Positions 35,507-47,727 of a stretch of 64,000 nucleotides of DNA are shown one piece after another. Under the pieces are notes generated by a model that was not told the origin of the DNA, did not search any database, and saw only the letters and a program-made list of their open reading frames with translations. Positions within the stretch are counted from its first letter, which is position 1. The number at the start of each line of letters is the position of its first letter. The stretch lies in the NCBI GenBank assembly GCA_051942245.1, contig JAVECL010000007.1, positions 62,001 to 126,000 on the forward strand, read 5' to 3'. Source of the DNA: Trypethelium eluteriae (lineage: Eukaryota). Made by a program: the position numbers and the translations under genes.

Positions 35507-36724
35507 TTAGGTATCGCCGAAGACAAAAACATTTTTACCCTTACGAAAGCCCTCTAGTGTTCCTTGAACAGCGGAGATGAGACTGTCCTGCTTCGTGTTG
35601 TAATCCCAGAGGACTTCCTCCACGGGAACATCTTTGAACTTGCCTTGGCGAGTCAAGTTAAGGACATGATCAACAGTTCTTTTCTTCTCGTCCGGATTCT
35701 GTTCGCTCCATTTGCTGACCCAAAATCCATCGAAGGTAATGTTCTTGAATATGAGCAACCCCGTAGGCAGTTGTACTGGTTGCTTCGACATTGCTCCATA
35801 GGTGACCAAATGAGCTTGAGGACTCAAAATCTTGGCCATAGCATTGACTATCTTGCCACCTACACAGTTCAAGCCTAGCCGCACCTTCTCTCGTCCTCCA
35901 TTTGTCCACTCCTTGACCTTATCTCCGAAGCCCTTTTCCTGTAACTCTGTATCTGTAACAACAACATTCGCTCCTAGATCCTCCAGTTCTCTCCTAAGAA
36001 TCTCCGTACCTTCCGGTCGATCTCGCACAATGTTGATGCTTTTATATCCCCACAGCTTTCCTAACTGAATTGCGGCCCTGCCGACTCCACTGTTCGCGCC
36101 GTTTTGTATGAACCACTCACCTTCACGTACATTTACGAAGTCCTTTAACATCCGATATGCCGTACAAGGGTTGACACTCACGGTCCCCACCTGAATAGGA
36201 GTCAGGCCACTTTTATCCTCAACCTTCAACAGGTTTGATGTGTCGGTTTGAGCATGTGTTCGCCAGGTCCCAAACCCAGGTGCGCGCATAAGTACCCAAT
36301 CACCCTTTTCTAACCCTCTAACATCTTTGCCACGTGTTTGAACTTCGGCCACGCCCTCATTTCCACCCACAGCGATGGGTTCAGGAGTGCCGAGAGAGGT
36401 AGTAAAGGTAGGCTTCGTGGGATAGACACCTTGAATTTGATTGATATCGGCAGGATTGATGGGAGATGCAAGGAATCTCAGGGTCAACGAGTTCCCATGA
36501 GCTGGCGATATGGAGTGGCCATGGAGCCCAAGAACTTCGGCGGGTTCGCCATGTTTGGAGAAGGTGAGAGCTTTGGCTTGTTCGTAGCCGTATGCCGAGA
36601 TGCTGCGACGCGAAACCTTACTGAATGCCGCCGGAATCGCAACGAAATTTGAGGAGAGACTGACTGTCGAAGTACTCAACGTGTTAGATAACCGGGAGAT
36701 TGGCTGAGGTATCCGTGGCGGCAT
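35507..36724 (-). CDS. ETR1: Mitochondrial trans-2-enoyl thioester reductase (MECR), intronless
   Basis: Presequence-like N-terminus, ASPINPADINQIQGVYP, VNPCTAYRML, QNGANSGVG and LVTYGAMSK. Confidence 0.95.
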   Translation of the reverse strand: MPPRIPQPISRLSNTLSTSTVSLSSNFVAIPAAFSKVSRRSISAYGYEQAKALTFSKHGEPAEVLGLHGHSISPAHGNSLTLRFLASPINPADINQIQGVYPTKPTFTTSLGTPEPIAVGGNEGVAEVQTRGKDVRGLEKGDWVLMRAPGFGTWRTHAQTDTSNLLKVEDKSGLTPIQVGTVSVNPCTAYRMLKDFVNVREGEWFIQNGANSGVGRAAIQLGKLWGYKSINIVRDRPEGTEILRRELEDLGANVVVTDTELQEKGFGDKVKEWTNGGREKVRLGLNCVGGKIVNAMAKILSPQAHLVTYGAMSKQPVQLPTGLLIFKNITFDGFWVSKWSEQNPDEKKRTVDHVLNLTRQGKFKDVPVEEVLWDYNTKQDSLISAVQGTLEGFRKGKNVFVFGDT

Positions 36725-37290
36725 GGTCGTGGAGGGCTTGGTCTTGGATAGCAGGAATTTTGAGGCTATGTGTGACCTCGTCCTGATCGTGAATCAGAAT
36801 ATCATCTTGGTGAAGCTCGTCTATGGATGTCAAAGCGACTCGTTCAGAATGAAGGATAGTAGCCGATGCTAAGTGCCTTAGATACTTTTCGAGTTCGAAG
36901 CGAGGAGCTATATTCGGATCCTGGAAGGATGACGTCGGTCGGAGCTCCCACCGTGTAACTTCACATCTTGCGGACATGCGTGACGCGGTGAAAAAAACTA
37001 CACCAGCACATCTTGTACCGAGATCACAGTCTCCATTGCACTATGCCAGGATGTAGCCCTGTAGCCTTGATCAATTACTCCGTACTGTCTTGAACTTAAA
37101 AATGTCGCAGGCTCCATACAGGATAGTAACGGCAGCTGTGCCTGCAACTCGCGTTGCACAGCCTCCACTTGAAGGAGCTTTAAGATGTTTACTTAAGGAA
37201 TCGTCAGTCGAACTCGATGGCGTGATGAGAGTGTCGCCTATTCTTCCGATTGACTCCTATTGACACCGATTGGAAGCTCTCTTGAGCTCG

Positions 37291-39213
37291 ATGGACCCTC
37301 TCTCGTTGACAGCCAGTGTCGCAGGCATCATCAGCTTCTGTTTGAAGACGGCGAAGGCTCTTCATAAGATACGTGAAAGCTACAAGCACGCCTCAGTCAC
37401 CATTGCTGCACTTTGTTCAGAAGCCTCTGTCATTAGCGCATCTCTAGCACAAATCCAAGGCATCTTGCTGAAGGGAATTGGCGCTAGTACGAGTCAATTC
37501 TTGACCAGACCGGAGCTCCGGGATGCCTTCGATATAGCTTTAACTGGTTGTACTGTCACGTTTTCTTGTCTAGACCATGAGATTCAATGTCTGGCCCAAG
37601 GAAGTAATGAAAAGAGTGAACCGGGGCGGAAGATAAAGGCGAAATATGTCTGGAAGGAAGAGACGATGAAAAACCTACTATTACAAATTCGTGGGCAACA
37701 AACTGCAATCTCACTCTTGATACAAAGTCTACAAATGTGATAAAACTCTACAATCACTTTCATTCTGTCTAACCACTGTTGCAGGCAATCTTTATCAGAC
37801 ATCCAACAGCTCCTTCACGGAAACCACACGCTTCTGGAAGGTATTGTGAGTCGAACCAGGTCAAATCGTAGCCTCAATCCGAGTCTGAAAATACCTGCGT
37901 CTGTTCTTGACGCTGAGCCCGAGAGCAATAGTCTCTCGGATGACTACGGTTCAGCTATTAGCGGGACAGAGTTCGATTTCGATGACACGATCGTCAATTC
38001 CCGGGTGTATCGGAGAACTATGATGATTGCGGAGAAGACGATTTCTGATCAATGTCTTCAGTCCGTACCAGTTGCGCAAGAATTGCACAAGACTGACACC
38101 GACACCGACAAGAAATGTGGTGGCAATGGCAGACAGTACTCTTGCGGAGACCTATCCAAAGATCCTGGGATATTCACCCCAAGTGATCCTCTGATAGATC
38201 AGCAAGTCGCAGGCACAGTGAGTAGTACTCGAAAGCACCTACTGAGCCGCACTCGTTTCGCCGAATGTCCATGCCGCAGTCAAAGTTTTGGGGAGGAGGA
38301 TCCACAAACTCATTCAAAAAATTTCCATGAAAGTTCTTGTATAGAACACTCATCAGCGCAGGGGAAAATCGAGACGCCACGCAAATCTAGCAGACGCGGT
38401 CGACATTGTTCTCAAAGACAAGGCAGTATTGTTTCCCGGAGCTGTATGGATGAGGTAAGTTGGCATCATTTGCCTCCAGTTCATCAAAAGAAAGCCTAGC
38501 AAAAATGTTTCTGTTCGCTGGGGAGATGTCCAATCACCGTGAGATCAGGTTATGATTTATAAACTTGAAACTTTGAGGTTAAAAGTGACTCGATATCGCA
38601 AAGCTTATGGGTTGACTTCGGCGAAGACGGAGTCGTCGAGAGTAACACAATTGGAAACACTGGGTCTGTTGTTGACCATGATTTGCAGGAAAAGTTCGAT
38701 TTGAGGCCTCTGCCGCCAACGTATCAATTTTCGTCTCGACAAAATATCGATCGACTCGACTCTGGCTTTTATTCACAAGCCGGCGAAGTTGTACAGATTT
38801 CTGAGAGCTCGGACATGGAGCGAAGACAGTCTGCTGCTTGTCGACAGACTCGACATGGTCTCCCGGACCCATCACTTGAACAAGTAATCCCAGAAGCGAT
38901 GGAGGCCACTCTCAAGAGATTATCGGGCATGTCAGAACTTCCAGATGTTCAAAAAGACCCCTGCGCTTTGTCTACAATCTGGAAAGAGATACTTCGCATG
39001 CAAAGTACGACCCTTTTAGATTTGGCCGACCTGGTCAATGACTTTGGAGGTCTCTTAAGTGTTGGGTCTTACAATGGTCGGTCGCGCCTCATTCAAACAG
39101 AGAAACAGCTCTTTCTTGGCATTGAGAAGCTGGATGGCTTTTCTCGGGCCTTTCGCGAAGAGCTTGAACCATTCAGACAATCACGGAACTTTGCTCTTCC
39201 ACTTGGTCGATGA
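37291..39213 (+). CDS. HeLo-like (fungal STAND N-terminal) domain protein with a possibly truncated C-terminus. Exons approx. 37291-37736, 37785-38454, 38689-39213
   Basis: MDPLSLTASVAGII...KYVWKEETMKNLLLQIRGQQTAISLLIQ is the typical HeLo-like module, followed by FDFDDTIVNSRVYRR. The third exon is less certain. Confidence 0.65.
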
Positions 39214-40420
39214 GAGTCATCTTCTATGGAGTACGAATAGAGACAATCGCAAACTTCGCAGTCTTTCTAGTGATCGCCGGGGATAGTGTATAGAGCTTTC
39301 TGCGTTATTGCTGATCGGGAGGTCCGTTACTTGTCTGCAGCTAATAATTCCACGGCCACCCTAGAGTATGTGCGACCGAATGATTACAAGATTTCCATTG
39401 TCGCGCTCAGTGAGACTATATCGCCTTCTCATGGAAATGCTGATTGCTGATAACAACTACTGACAGGACTGGTGATAATTTCATTAAACAGGGATCTGGT
39501 ATGTTAGGCAAAAAATGGCTGGGCCAAAAGGTTCCATTTCCGGATTCAGCTGGTTAGTCTGATAGTCAGGGTACACAAAGAATGTAGACTGTACGCATTG
39601 AGATTTCAGAAAAGTTTTCAGTTGATCTCCGCCTGTAGGATTGGAGCCTGTCGAGTTCTATCAAAACGTTGGCGTCCACGGCGTCTCAAGTCGAAATTCT
39701 CGGATAAGTTTCCTGTCGCAAAAATCAAAGCAACAGCCGCCGAGACGGATGGCTACGAAACCATACGTACCGTAGTTAAAGTTCAACCACTCACGCCCGT
39801 CTTCTCCATCTGATCAATGGCGTGATTCCACGCATCTCAGCCATTGACCAAAGCTGTTTCACTGCGCTGCGCGATTTTATGCATGGGCGTGTTGCTACCA
39901 AGAATACACTTCTGCAGCTATCGACAAGTGGAGGGGTTGGGGGCAGAAGCCGCTGCTCAGCCGCCGAATTTTGGAGCAATCATTGGCTCAAAATGACTAT
40001 CCGTCATTCGTGCAGCATTTCAGCTGTTGGTTACCGCTTGCGGGCCAGTTCGGCACAGCTAAATAATTCAGATAACCGTCTGAATCCATAACAGTCCGTA
40101 CGATATGTGGCCTTAGCGGACAGTTACAGCATGCACCTCACGCGGCTGAGAAGCTGGTTTGTCTGTTCAAATTTCCGAAGGCGGAAACGCTAAGTCAAGA
40201 AGCCCTGTATCCGTGATGAGATACAGATTGTAGAATGCGATAGTTTGCCGCCGCACTTTATTCATCATCTTGGCTCTACAACACGCAGGACCATTGCAGG
40301 GCGCTTGCTTGCTCAGCTATCTTGGATGGCATACAAATAAAGCTCTATTATCCACGTTGCGAGATATATAGCCTCCCGATAGTGCAAGTGTCCCGCCTGA
40401 TAGAGACTCAGTCAAGTTCA

Positions 40421-42265
40421 ATGGATTTCTTGGAATATTCAGTCCAAATAGTTCTTTACCTACGTAGCCAAACCTACACGTCAATCCCTTCGGCTTCGCA
40501 TTGTCATCATTGAAATTGTTATGATCCATTTCAGTCTCAAGGGCAAAATCTGAGTGAAAGTTTTTCAAGATGGTAAGTTTGAGGACTTAACCCTAGGGAG
40601 CTGCGTGAGGAGCGACATACTCTTGATCGTACCAAAGCCTTCATTTTGAGTCTGCGTGAGACTAACCATCTGGGACGAAGATTGTCAGTGATGCAAAAGA
40701 TGGCCTCGCGTCCTTGAGAGATCCTCAGTCTTGGGATCTCAGGGTCAAGCTCGTCGTTTCTTTGGGTACTCTTCTGGCTATGTTTTCGATGTGAGTCAAC
40801 ATTCAGATTGCACGCATCATGGATGCTGGTTCCAGAGACAGCACTTTTGGCAACTCGGCGTACATTGGTAGTACCCTCCCGATTCAATCTGAATTTCGCA
40901 TCAGCGAGATACTCGCAATCGCTCCGATCTCTCTATACGCCATCGGCTTCGTTCCAGGCCCGATGCTTGAATCTGCGCTATCAGAGGTATTTGGCCGCCA
41001 ATATGTCTATAAAACCGCAATGGTCCTATGCCTTGTCTTTACCATCATCGGTGGTACGGCCGCGAACTTTCGGACCCCAGCGGTAGCCAGAGCATTTGCA
41101 GGATTTCTAGGTTCTCCTGCTATCACCGTGTTGTCCGCCATGACGTTTGACTTATACGCTCCCGGTGATAGGATCGGAGAATTTTGGAAAATCGTCAATG
41201 GTGTTGGGCTCATTTGGGCAACTGAACTCGGTCCCTTGGCTGGAAATGCCGTCGTTCAAGATCGGGATTGGCGTTGGTCTTTTTACCTGACAGCAATGCT
41301 CTTGGCTTCTAGTCTTTTAGTCATATTTCCTACTCGCGAGACATTTCTTCCAGAGATACTTCGCAAGGACGCCAATGAACCAAGGGGAAGTCTTGGTGAA
41401 GCACTCAAAACGGCCTTCCGGCGTCCATTACACATGCTCTTTGTGGAACCTATAATGCTTCCTACATCACTCTTTATGGCATGGTGTCAAATCATTCTCT
41501 TCGTCTTCTACGTTGCGTATCCATACATTTTGGCAAATCTCTATTCCTTCTCACTGTCGCAAGTTGGGCTCTCATTTCTACCGTTATTCATTGGCACAAC
41601 CCTCGCAGTACCTGTCCTTGGAGTAATTGACAAACAGGTCTATCAGGTGCAAGTTGCTAAGGCACAAGTGGTTGGCACGGATCCCAGACCAGAGGCACGT
41701 TTGTTCCCCACAAAAATTGGAGCAATCCTGATTCCTGTAGCCTTGTTTTGGTAGGCCAGAAGCTCTTAGTATCTATGCTATCAATCTGACATGACGCAGG
41801 CTTGGTTGGACTGCCCGTCCAGGCATTCATTGGGTAGCTCCAGTCATGTCTGGACTGCTTTATGGCTTTGCTTTTGCACTCTGTCTAGTGAGTGATCATG
41901 TCAATCGGATCTATCAGTAGACTAATGTGGATCCAGCTCTCCATACCAATCTACAAGGGTGACGTCTATGGCGCAGAGCTTAGCGCCTCGTCCTTCGCTA
42001 TTGATACCGCAGCACGCTATCCCTTTCTGCTCCATTTCCACTTTTGACAGTCCAGATGATAGAGCACTTGAGCTTCGTCTGGGCTATGTCAATGCTGGGT
42101 TTTATCAGCTTAATCTTTGTACCGGTACCATGGATCCTAGATCGATACGGACCGGTACTGCGGGCAAGGAGCCACTATCTGAGACCCACCCAAAGCGTGA
42201 ACAACTGGGAAGCCTGTTCCGGCTCACGATCGCTACCAGACCATCAACATTCTTTGGAGAAATGA
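40421..42265 (+). pseudogene. DHA1-family MFS transporter, apparently disrupted (frameshift near 42024-42027, in-frame TGA at 40511 in the putative first exon)
   Basis: DPQSW, ALSEVFGR, WRWSFY, RETF, RPLHMLFVEPI and PEARL motifs. The last exon from 41937 stops at 42045-42047, while the homologous tail FPLLTVQM...YGPVLRARSHY is in another frame. Confidence 0.7.
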
Positions 42266-42840
42266 CCTATTGTACAAGCTGGTAACTAAGCTGTCGAATC
42301 GTCTTCTTCAAGGGACCAGCTGGTCTGGAGATCAATACCATCCAAGTAAAGCTACCGTAGTACTTTTGATCGTGAAGAATATATTTGACAACATGCGATA
42401 TGAGTATTTCGGTGGACTCATGTCAAATTCCATTCATGTAATCCTAAACTGTTCAGACCATGACAATTGGGCACGATTCAGGGCACTGGAAGGTGTTTGA
42501 GCATGTCAGGCAAAAATCTCCTTTACTGCTAGACAGACAAAATAATAACCATCATGCCAAAGCTCTCCAGGCTCAAGCGCATAGAGTTGTCTCTCCATCC
42601 CCAATAACAAGGCTTATTGCATTCTAGGTCAAGGACCTCGAATTAAATGAGCGTGACGACATCTTGTGAGTCAAAACCCCACAGCTGAAAATAGAAGGTA
42701 CCATTCTCCTCAGAAATCTCATGTGACAATATCTCAAAGATAAGAGATTATTGCATTACTTGGTGGCAGCATCGGTGATATCATCCTTAATTTCACCTCC
42801 AGACGAGGGATCGCGTCTGTCAAAGTTTATAGCTCGCGTC

Positions 42841-43625
42841 TCACAGGCCCCCTAGGAGACCTCCTAATCCTCCGAGAATTGGCGACAAAATCCCGCCAAT
42901 TGCCGAAGTAAGGGAATCAAGAATTCCCACCACTATAGAGATGACCCCATCCACTAGGGTCCCAACTGCATCAACAAGCCCAACCTGTTAGATAATCAGT
43001 ACGTGTTCTTCAAGTACCGAGAATCAGCGAAAGTTGTGGACCTACAAGTGCATTCTCCAAAGGTGTGAGCAAGTCCACAACGGACTCTGTACCGGCATAG
43101 TCAGCGTGACATGACCCAGGGTCGTGTCCAACTCTAGCGTCACTGACCTAATCCCAGATTATCGACAAGTTGGTTTACAGTACTGATTACCTCCTCAAGC
43201 AAGGTGACAAGTAAATCGGCTAGATCGATAGTCGAGTTGCTCGCTTGGCGAGGATCAAGAGAACGCTTCTGCAACAAAGCCGAGGCTGCAGCAATGTTGG
43301 TCAGGGACGTGATGCTCTCAATGTCAGACCTGACGGTAGCAATGGCAGTCTGGTTTTCCGCGGTAGTAGACTCAGAATTGATCCCCGCAACAGTCGAGTC
43401 TTGACCGCTGTCAGTCTGTCATCATTTCTGATGCTATCTGTATTGGTAAGACGTACTAATATTTGCATCTTTCTGGAGGATCTGTTCGTAGAGGTTAGAG
43501 ACTAAGGTATATTCATTGCTTGTCACGTCCCGTTCGCTGAGAGTGTTCTCTGGTTGGTTGATGACGCCAGCAAGGGAGAGACTCGTCATGCAGGTCAAAG
43601 CAAAAGCATATGTGATGAGCTTCAT
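42841..43625 (-). CDS. Small secreted amphipathic protein (~201 aa), SC15-like architecture. Exons 43625-43457, 43399-43148, 43086-43046, 42984-42841
   Basis: Signal peptide MKLITYAFALTCMTSLSLA, three GT-AG introns with branch points that keep the frame (606 nt), an internal KR and a very hydrophobic L/V/I/G-rich C-terminal half. Confidence 0.8.
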
Positions 43626-44899
43626 GATGCGGACGATATGTAATATGCGAGATAAGAAAAGTCTGGTATTTCAAGAAAAGGCGAGTGTAACGATGACCAG
43701 AGAACAGAGAAATGTCATAGGTTTATACATATGACGCCAACTCATCTTCCTCGAAATTGTAGTGGCCGATCTTCTTGTTTGGGATGCAATACCGTTGTCA
43801 TGATGCCTCCGTGGTCACGTATTGCGTTATAGATGTTTTCGGATCTGATTTCCATAGCAAGTAAAGTATCCAATACTCTCGGCCATTCGGAAATTTCAAC
43901 CGCATGCAATATATCTGCAGCAAGGGGTCTGCATGATTAGTCTACCCCGCAACGTTGAGGCTTTTACAAGATGTAGTTCGATGCGAATAGTAGATAGGGA
44001 CGGCCCGCTTCAGAAATCAGATGCCGTGCATGTATTCAGATAGCCTAAAATTTGACACTGCTGATCCGGAAAAATCGTGCTCGCAAATTACCTCATGAAG
44101 TTGTCAGATCGAATCATGCGGAGTTACTGGATCAGTTTTTGCAAGATCGAATGCCCTTGTAAAGATGGAGTGCCTTCCCAGGTTCGCGGGATTCTCGTGA
44201 AGTTGGATGTATTTTCAAGATTGAATGTGTTTACAAGATCTAGGATTAACCACGTCATGCAAGTGAACCCGATGACTTAGACCCTCTTGGAAGTTGAGAG
44301 TCGGGTGCGCCTGCATGAGAACTAGGGTCGGAGCGGGGATGAGCAGTCGTGTATTCCGTACATAGTCCGTACTGCTGTCACCCATTGTTGCGTCAGTTGC
44401 CAGAATACTGGAAAAGAAAAGAAGGAGATGGTGCTTGCTGGGAAGGCAAGCTTCATTCTCGTTCATGGAAAAGTGGCGTTCAACCTTATCTACGCGAATG
44501 CCATGAAGTAATTCTATTACTAAATCGTACCGAAAGTCGTCTTCTTACTTACTAGCCTCCTAATTCTGCTTCTGCACGCATACAAAAGCTGGACCCTCAA
44601 CGGAATGTTGGAACTAGCAGCGTATTCTCACGATCGTAACAAGACGTGTCTGGGCTCTCCATTTCATGACGTACCCCATGCTTGGTGTGATTGGTGCGTT
44701 AGGCATGCAGCTTGATTATCTTGACGTCCGATTGGAAATTGAGCAGAGCGACATTATGAAGTTGTAATAGCTTGAGAGATGATGGGATTCGGTAATTGAG
44801 CTCCGCCCTCCCTGACTCGCTACTCAAGTGGAGGAGTAATGTCTGCTGGGCGGCGTTCGAGGGAGAAAGCAATAGCCTCGCCTTCCTGGCTAGTAATCA

Positions 44900-46860
44900 G
44901 GAAGAACTGTGGCCAACTCTGCAGGCCTCAAAGGTCCAATTTACATTGCCTCCTCCTCTCTCTTTACCGTATAATTTGTGAGGTAGTCTTCGGAGTGCTG
45001 AAACCTGCGCGCGGGGATTTTGTTTTAACGCATAAAAAATCCTGTTCATTGTGAACTTGAAAACGGATCTCGATCGCAACCAACGATAAAGGAGGCGCCA
45101 CTTGGCGTAGAGTCCCGTTTTCCTGGCTGTAAGAGGAAGTTCATGAGTCAGGTGCATCATAAACGTATTTACTCTTAGGGGGTCCTCCTTCAACCAGGCA
45201 ACAAGCGGGCGCTGTTGAGTGAATCTTACCTGGTGTCATCGAATTTCCCACTTCCATCCCGCCCTATCTCCCTTGCCGCATGTATTACGAAAGACCTTGT
45301 AGCTGAGGACGCCATGATGTGTTGGTGCGGAGTTTCGAAGCCACAGGAAAGCCATGGGCGTTCCAGGTCAGCTGTACCATGCGTTACATCTGAGGCCATC
45401 ACGATTCCAGATGAACTCTGTGTCTGATTGTCATGTAGTTAGCTCTTGCTTGCCGGGCACTTTGTACTAGCGTCACCCCAATGACTCGCTGTTTTGCCCT
45501 TCATTTCTGACACGCGTGCTGCAGATTGGTACCCATCAACATTCTAGAGTGACCTGCCTGCGAGATGACTGGGTCTGCTATTTTTGCGGCTTGTAGATTG
45601 ACTGCATCTGCGGGGATGTCAGTCACATTCCGCTCCCTGGTCTATCCAGAATCCAGATGCGGCTGATTTTTCGGAGTGGAGGATCTGATTTGTATTGGCG
45701 CTGTTAACCCCTGAGTGCTGCATTCTCGACAAGAACTTTCGCCAGGTCAATGATGGCACACTAGTCTTACATTGCGTAAAACAAGGAAGCTAATGAGCTG
45801 ACAATAAACCAAAGCGGAGATTTATAGAGTTGCATGACTTCAAGGTGAAAATTTCTGGCATTGGCTCTTCTTCCGTTGCAGAGATCTAATCCCATCGACG
45901 GGGAGGAGCTTCAAAGGAATAATGATCTCGCAGAAGATGACCAATCGTTCGAGTACAGGATACATTTTAGCGTGACAGGACATCAAAATGTAACCAAACC
46001 CCGTCTACATGTATTCGGATAGAAATAGCAAATTCAAGATCAGCGATCGATCAGGATTGCGATAGCTGGCTTTTAGTAGCTAGTATCGGGAGGAAAGTTG
46101 CCATTACTGATGATCTGTTGGAATTAGTAGCCATTAGATTCTCGTCGAGACTTGGCATCCATCTAAAATTTGAGTCGACTACCTGAGTAAGTCTGTACGA
46201 TCTTGGTGGGTCCGCTATTGATTGCAGCGGTCATCTGTAGTATAGAAAAGAGAGAGAGTCCCTTGGCATATCCAGAAGCTGTGGAAGTCGATCCGGACAC
46301 ACTTACCGCGAGCGCCGTGGTGTAGGCCGTCTTCTCACCAGTCCGGTTATTGGACGGTGCTTTTTACGATTTGCTACTTGCGCTTCCATCAAGCTTGGTC
46401 ATCTTCTCGATTCTGACCGGACATTTGCTTCCATTGTCCTCATCTGTCCATACAATCCCAGCTGAGCTTGGGTTCCTTGAATGAGAGGGCGCTACTCGAT
46501 TTCGACAGTCTTTTTTGCGGGCTGCTCAGTCTCACTAACGTTTCTGAGGCCAATGAGCAATTTCTTAGCTGTACGCCGTCCTGCACCCTCGATACTCTTC
46601 TCCATGGGTTTGTGTTGTTGAAGGCTTTCCAGTGTTTTCACGGAAAAGGCCTTCGCGACTCCGCAGAAATTTTCTTGAAGAACGACGTCAAGGTCTCCCC
46701 GTCCCGCCGCTTTTGCTTTCGACCAAATGATTCCGCACGAGGAAAGCGGTTCTGGCGAACGGCCTTCCGTCGGTTTCAGTTACGCAGCTTGCACTACTGC
46801 GATATAAATTTCGGTAATTGTCATCGTGTAGGTTCGTTGAAGGGAAGTTCTGCATCTGCC
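44900..46860 (-). pseudogene. Heavily decayed intron-containing gene, product not recognisable, boundaries approximate
   Basis: Three canonical-looking minus-strand introns (46306-46235, 46182-46115, 45229-45127) separated by protein-like frames broken by stops. Confidence 0.3.
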
Positions 46861-47727
46861 ACGGTCAAGTAAGCTCGGAGTTGTTAGAGTACGGTAAGAG
46901 GCACGCATCAACGGCTTCTGCACGTCGTAGACATAACACGCAATTGATCACCATTTCCTTACAGGACCCATTGGGTATTCAAGGCCTGAATATGGAGTAT
47001 GGAGGCAAGCAACAGCTCACGACGGTCTTTCTGACTGCGGTCTCCTGAGAACTGTGCGATCCAGAACATACAGAGCGTACGGGACTCGCGCACTAGAGTA
47101 CCGTAGTACTCTACCAAGTCATGAATTTCTCAGCCCTCAGATCTCACTCATCGAAGGAATCCATCCTACAGGAGTCCGAGATCATGATTGGGAAGGGATG
47201 CTGCTTATTCTGGGTTCACCGGTTCATTACAAACGATCAAGCATGCGCAAGATTGCCGCAATGCTTCATTACGGCACAGTTCCCGGGAGCATGGATCGTT
47301 CTGTACTCTTACCGCGTCCCATGTCTACGTAGTGGATCAGTGCGCTCTCATACAAAATTCATATTGTACTGCCCGGAGAGAAAAGGCTCTTGAAGCTCGA
47401 GCAGAAATTAACAGATTCCTGACGAGTTGATCCGGTGGGGTCTCTGTGTCGATCTCTTTTCCAGTATCAAAACTCTTCGCTGAAGGATGCCGTCGACGTC
47501 GTAGGATGGTGGATGTGCTTCCGTTGCAGGATCAGAGATTCAGTCTGCTGATCAAGGTTAGGCTAGCTGTGCCTATTGATGGCACAGCCGGCAAATGCTG
47601 TGGAACTTCAGCCGTCAATGGCGATACTGTGACCTCTCCTCCCCTTCAACTCATTTCTTTCCACATACGAACGAGAACAATTCGGGATCCACGGGTGCAA
47701 GTTTCGTCATAGCATCGAAGGGCATAA

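Noticed and set aside
39290..40320. Short ORFs 39598-39813 and 39822-40091
   Set aside because: Non-ATG starts, no motifs, consistent with random intergenic ORFs.
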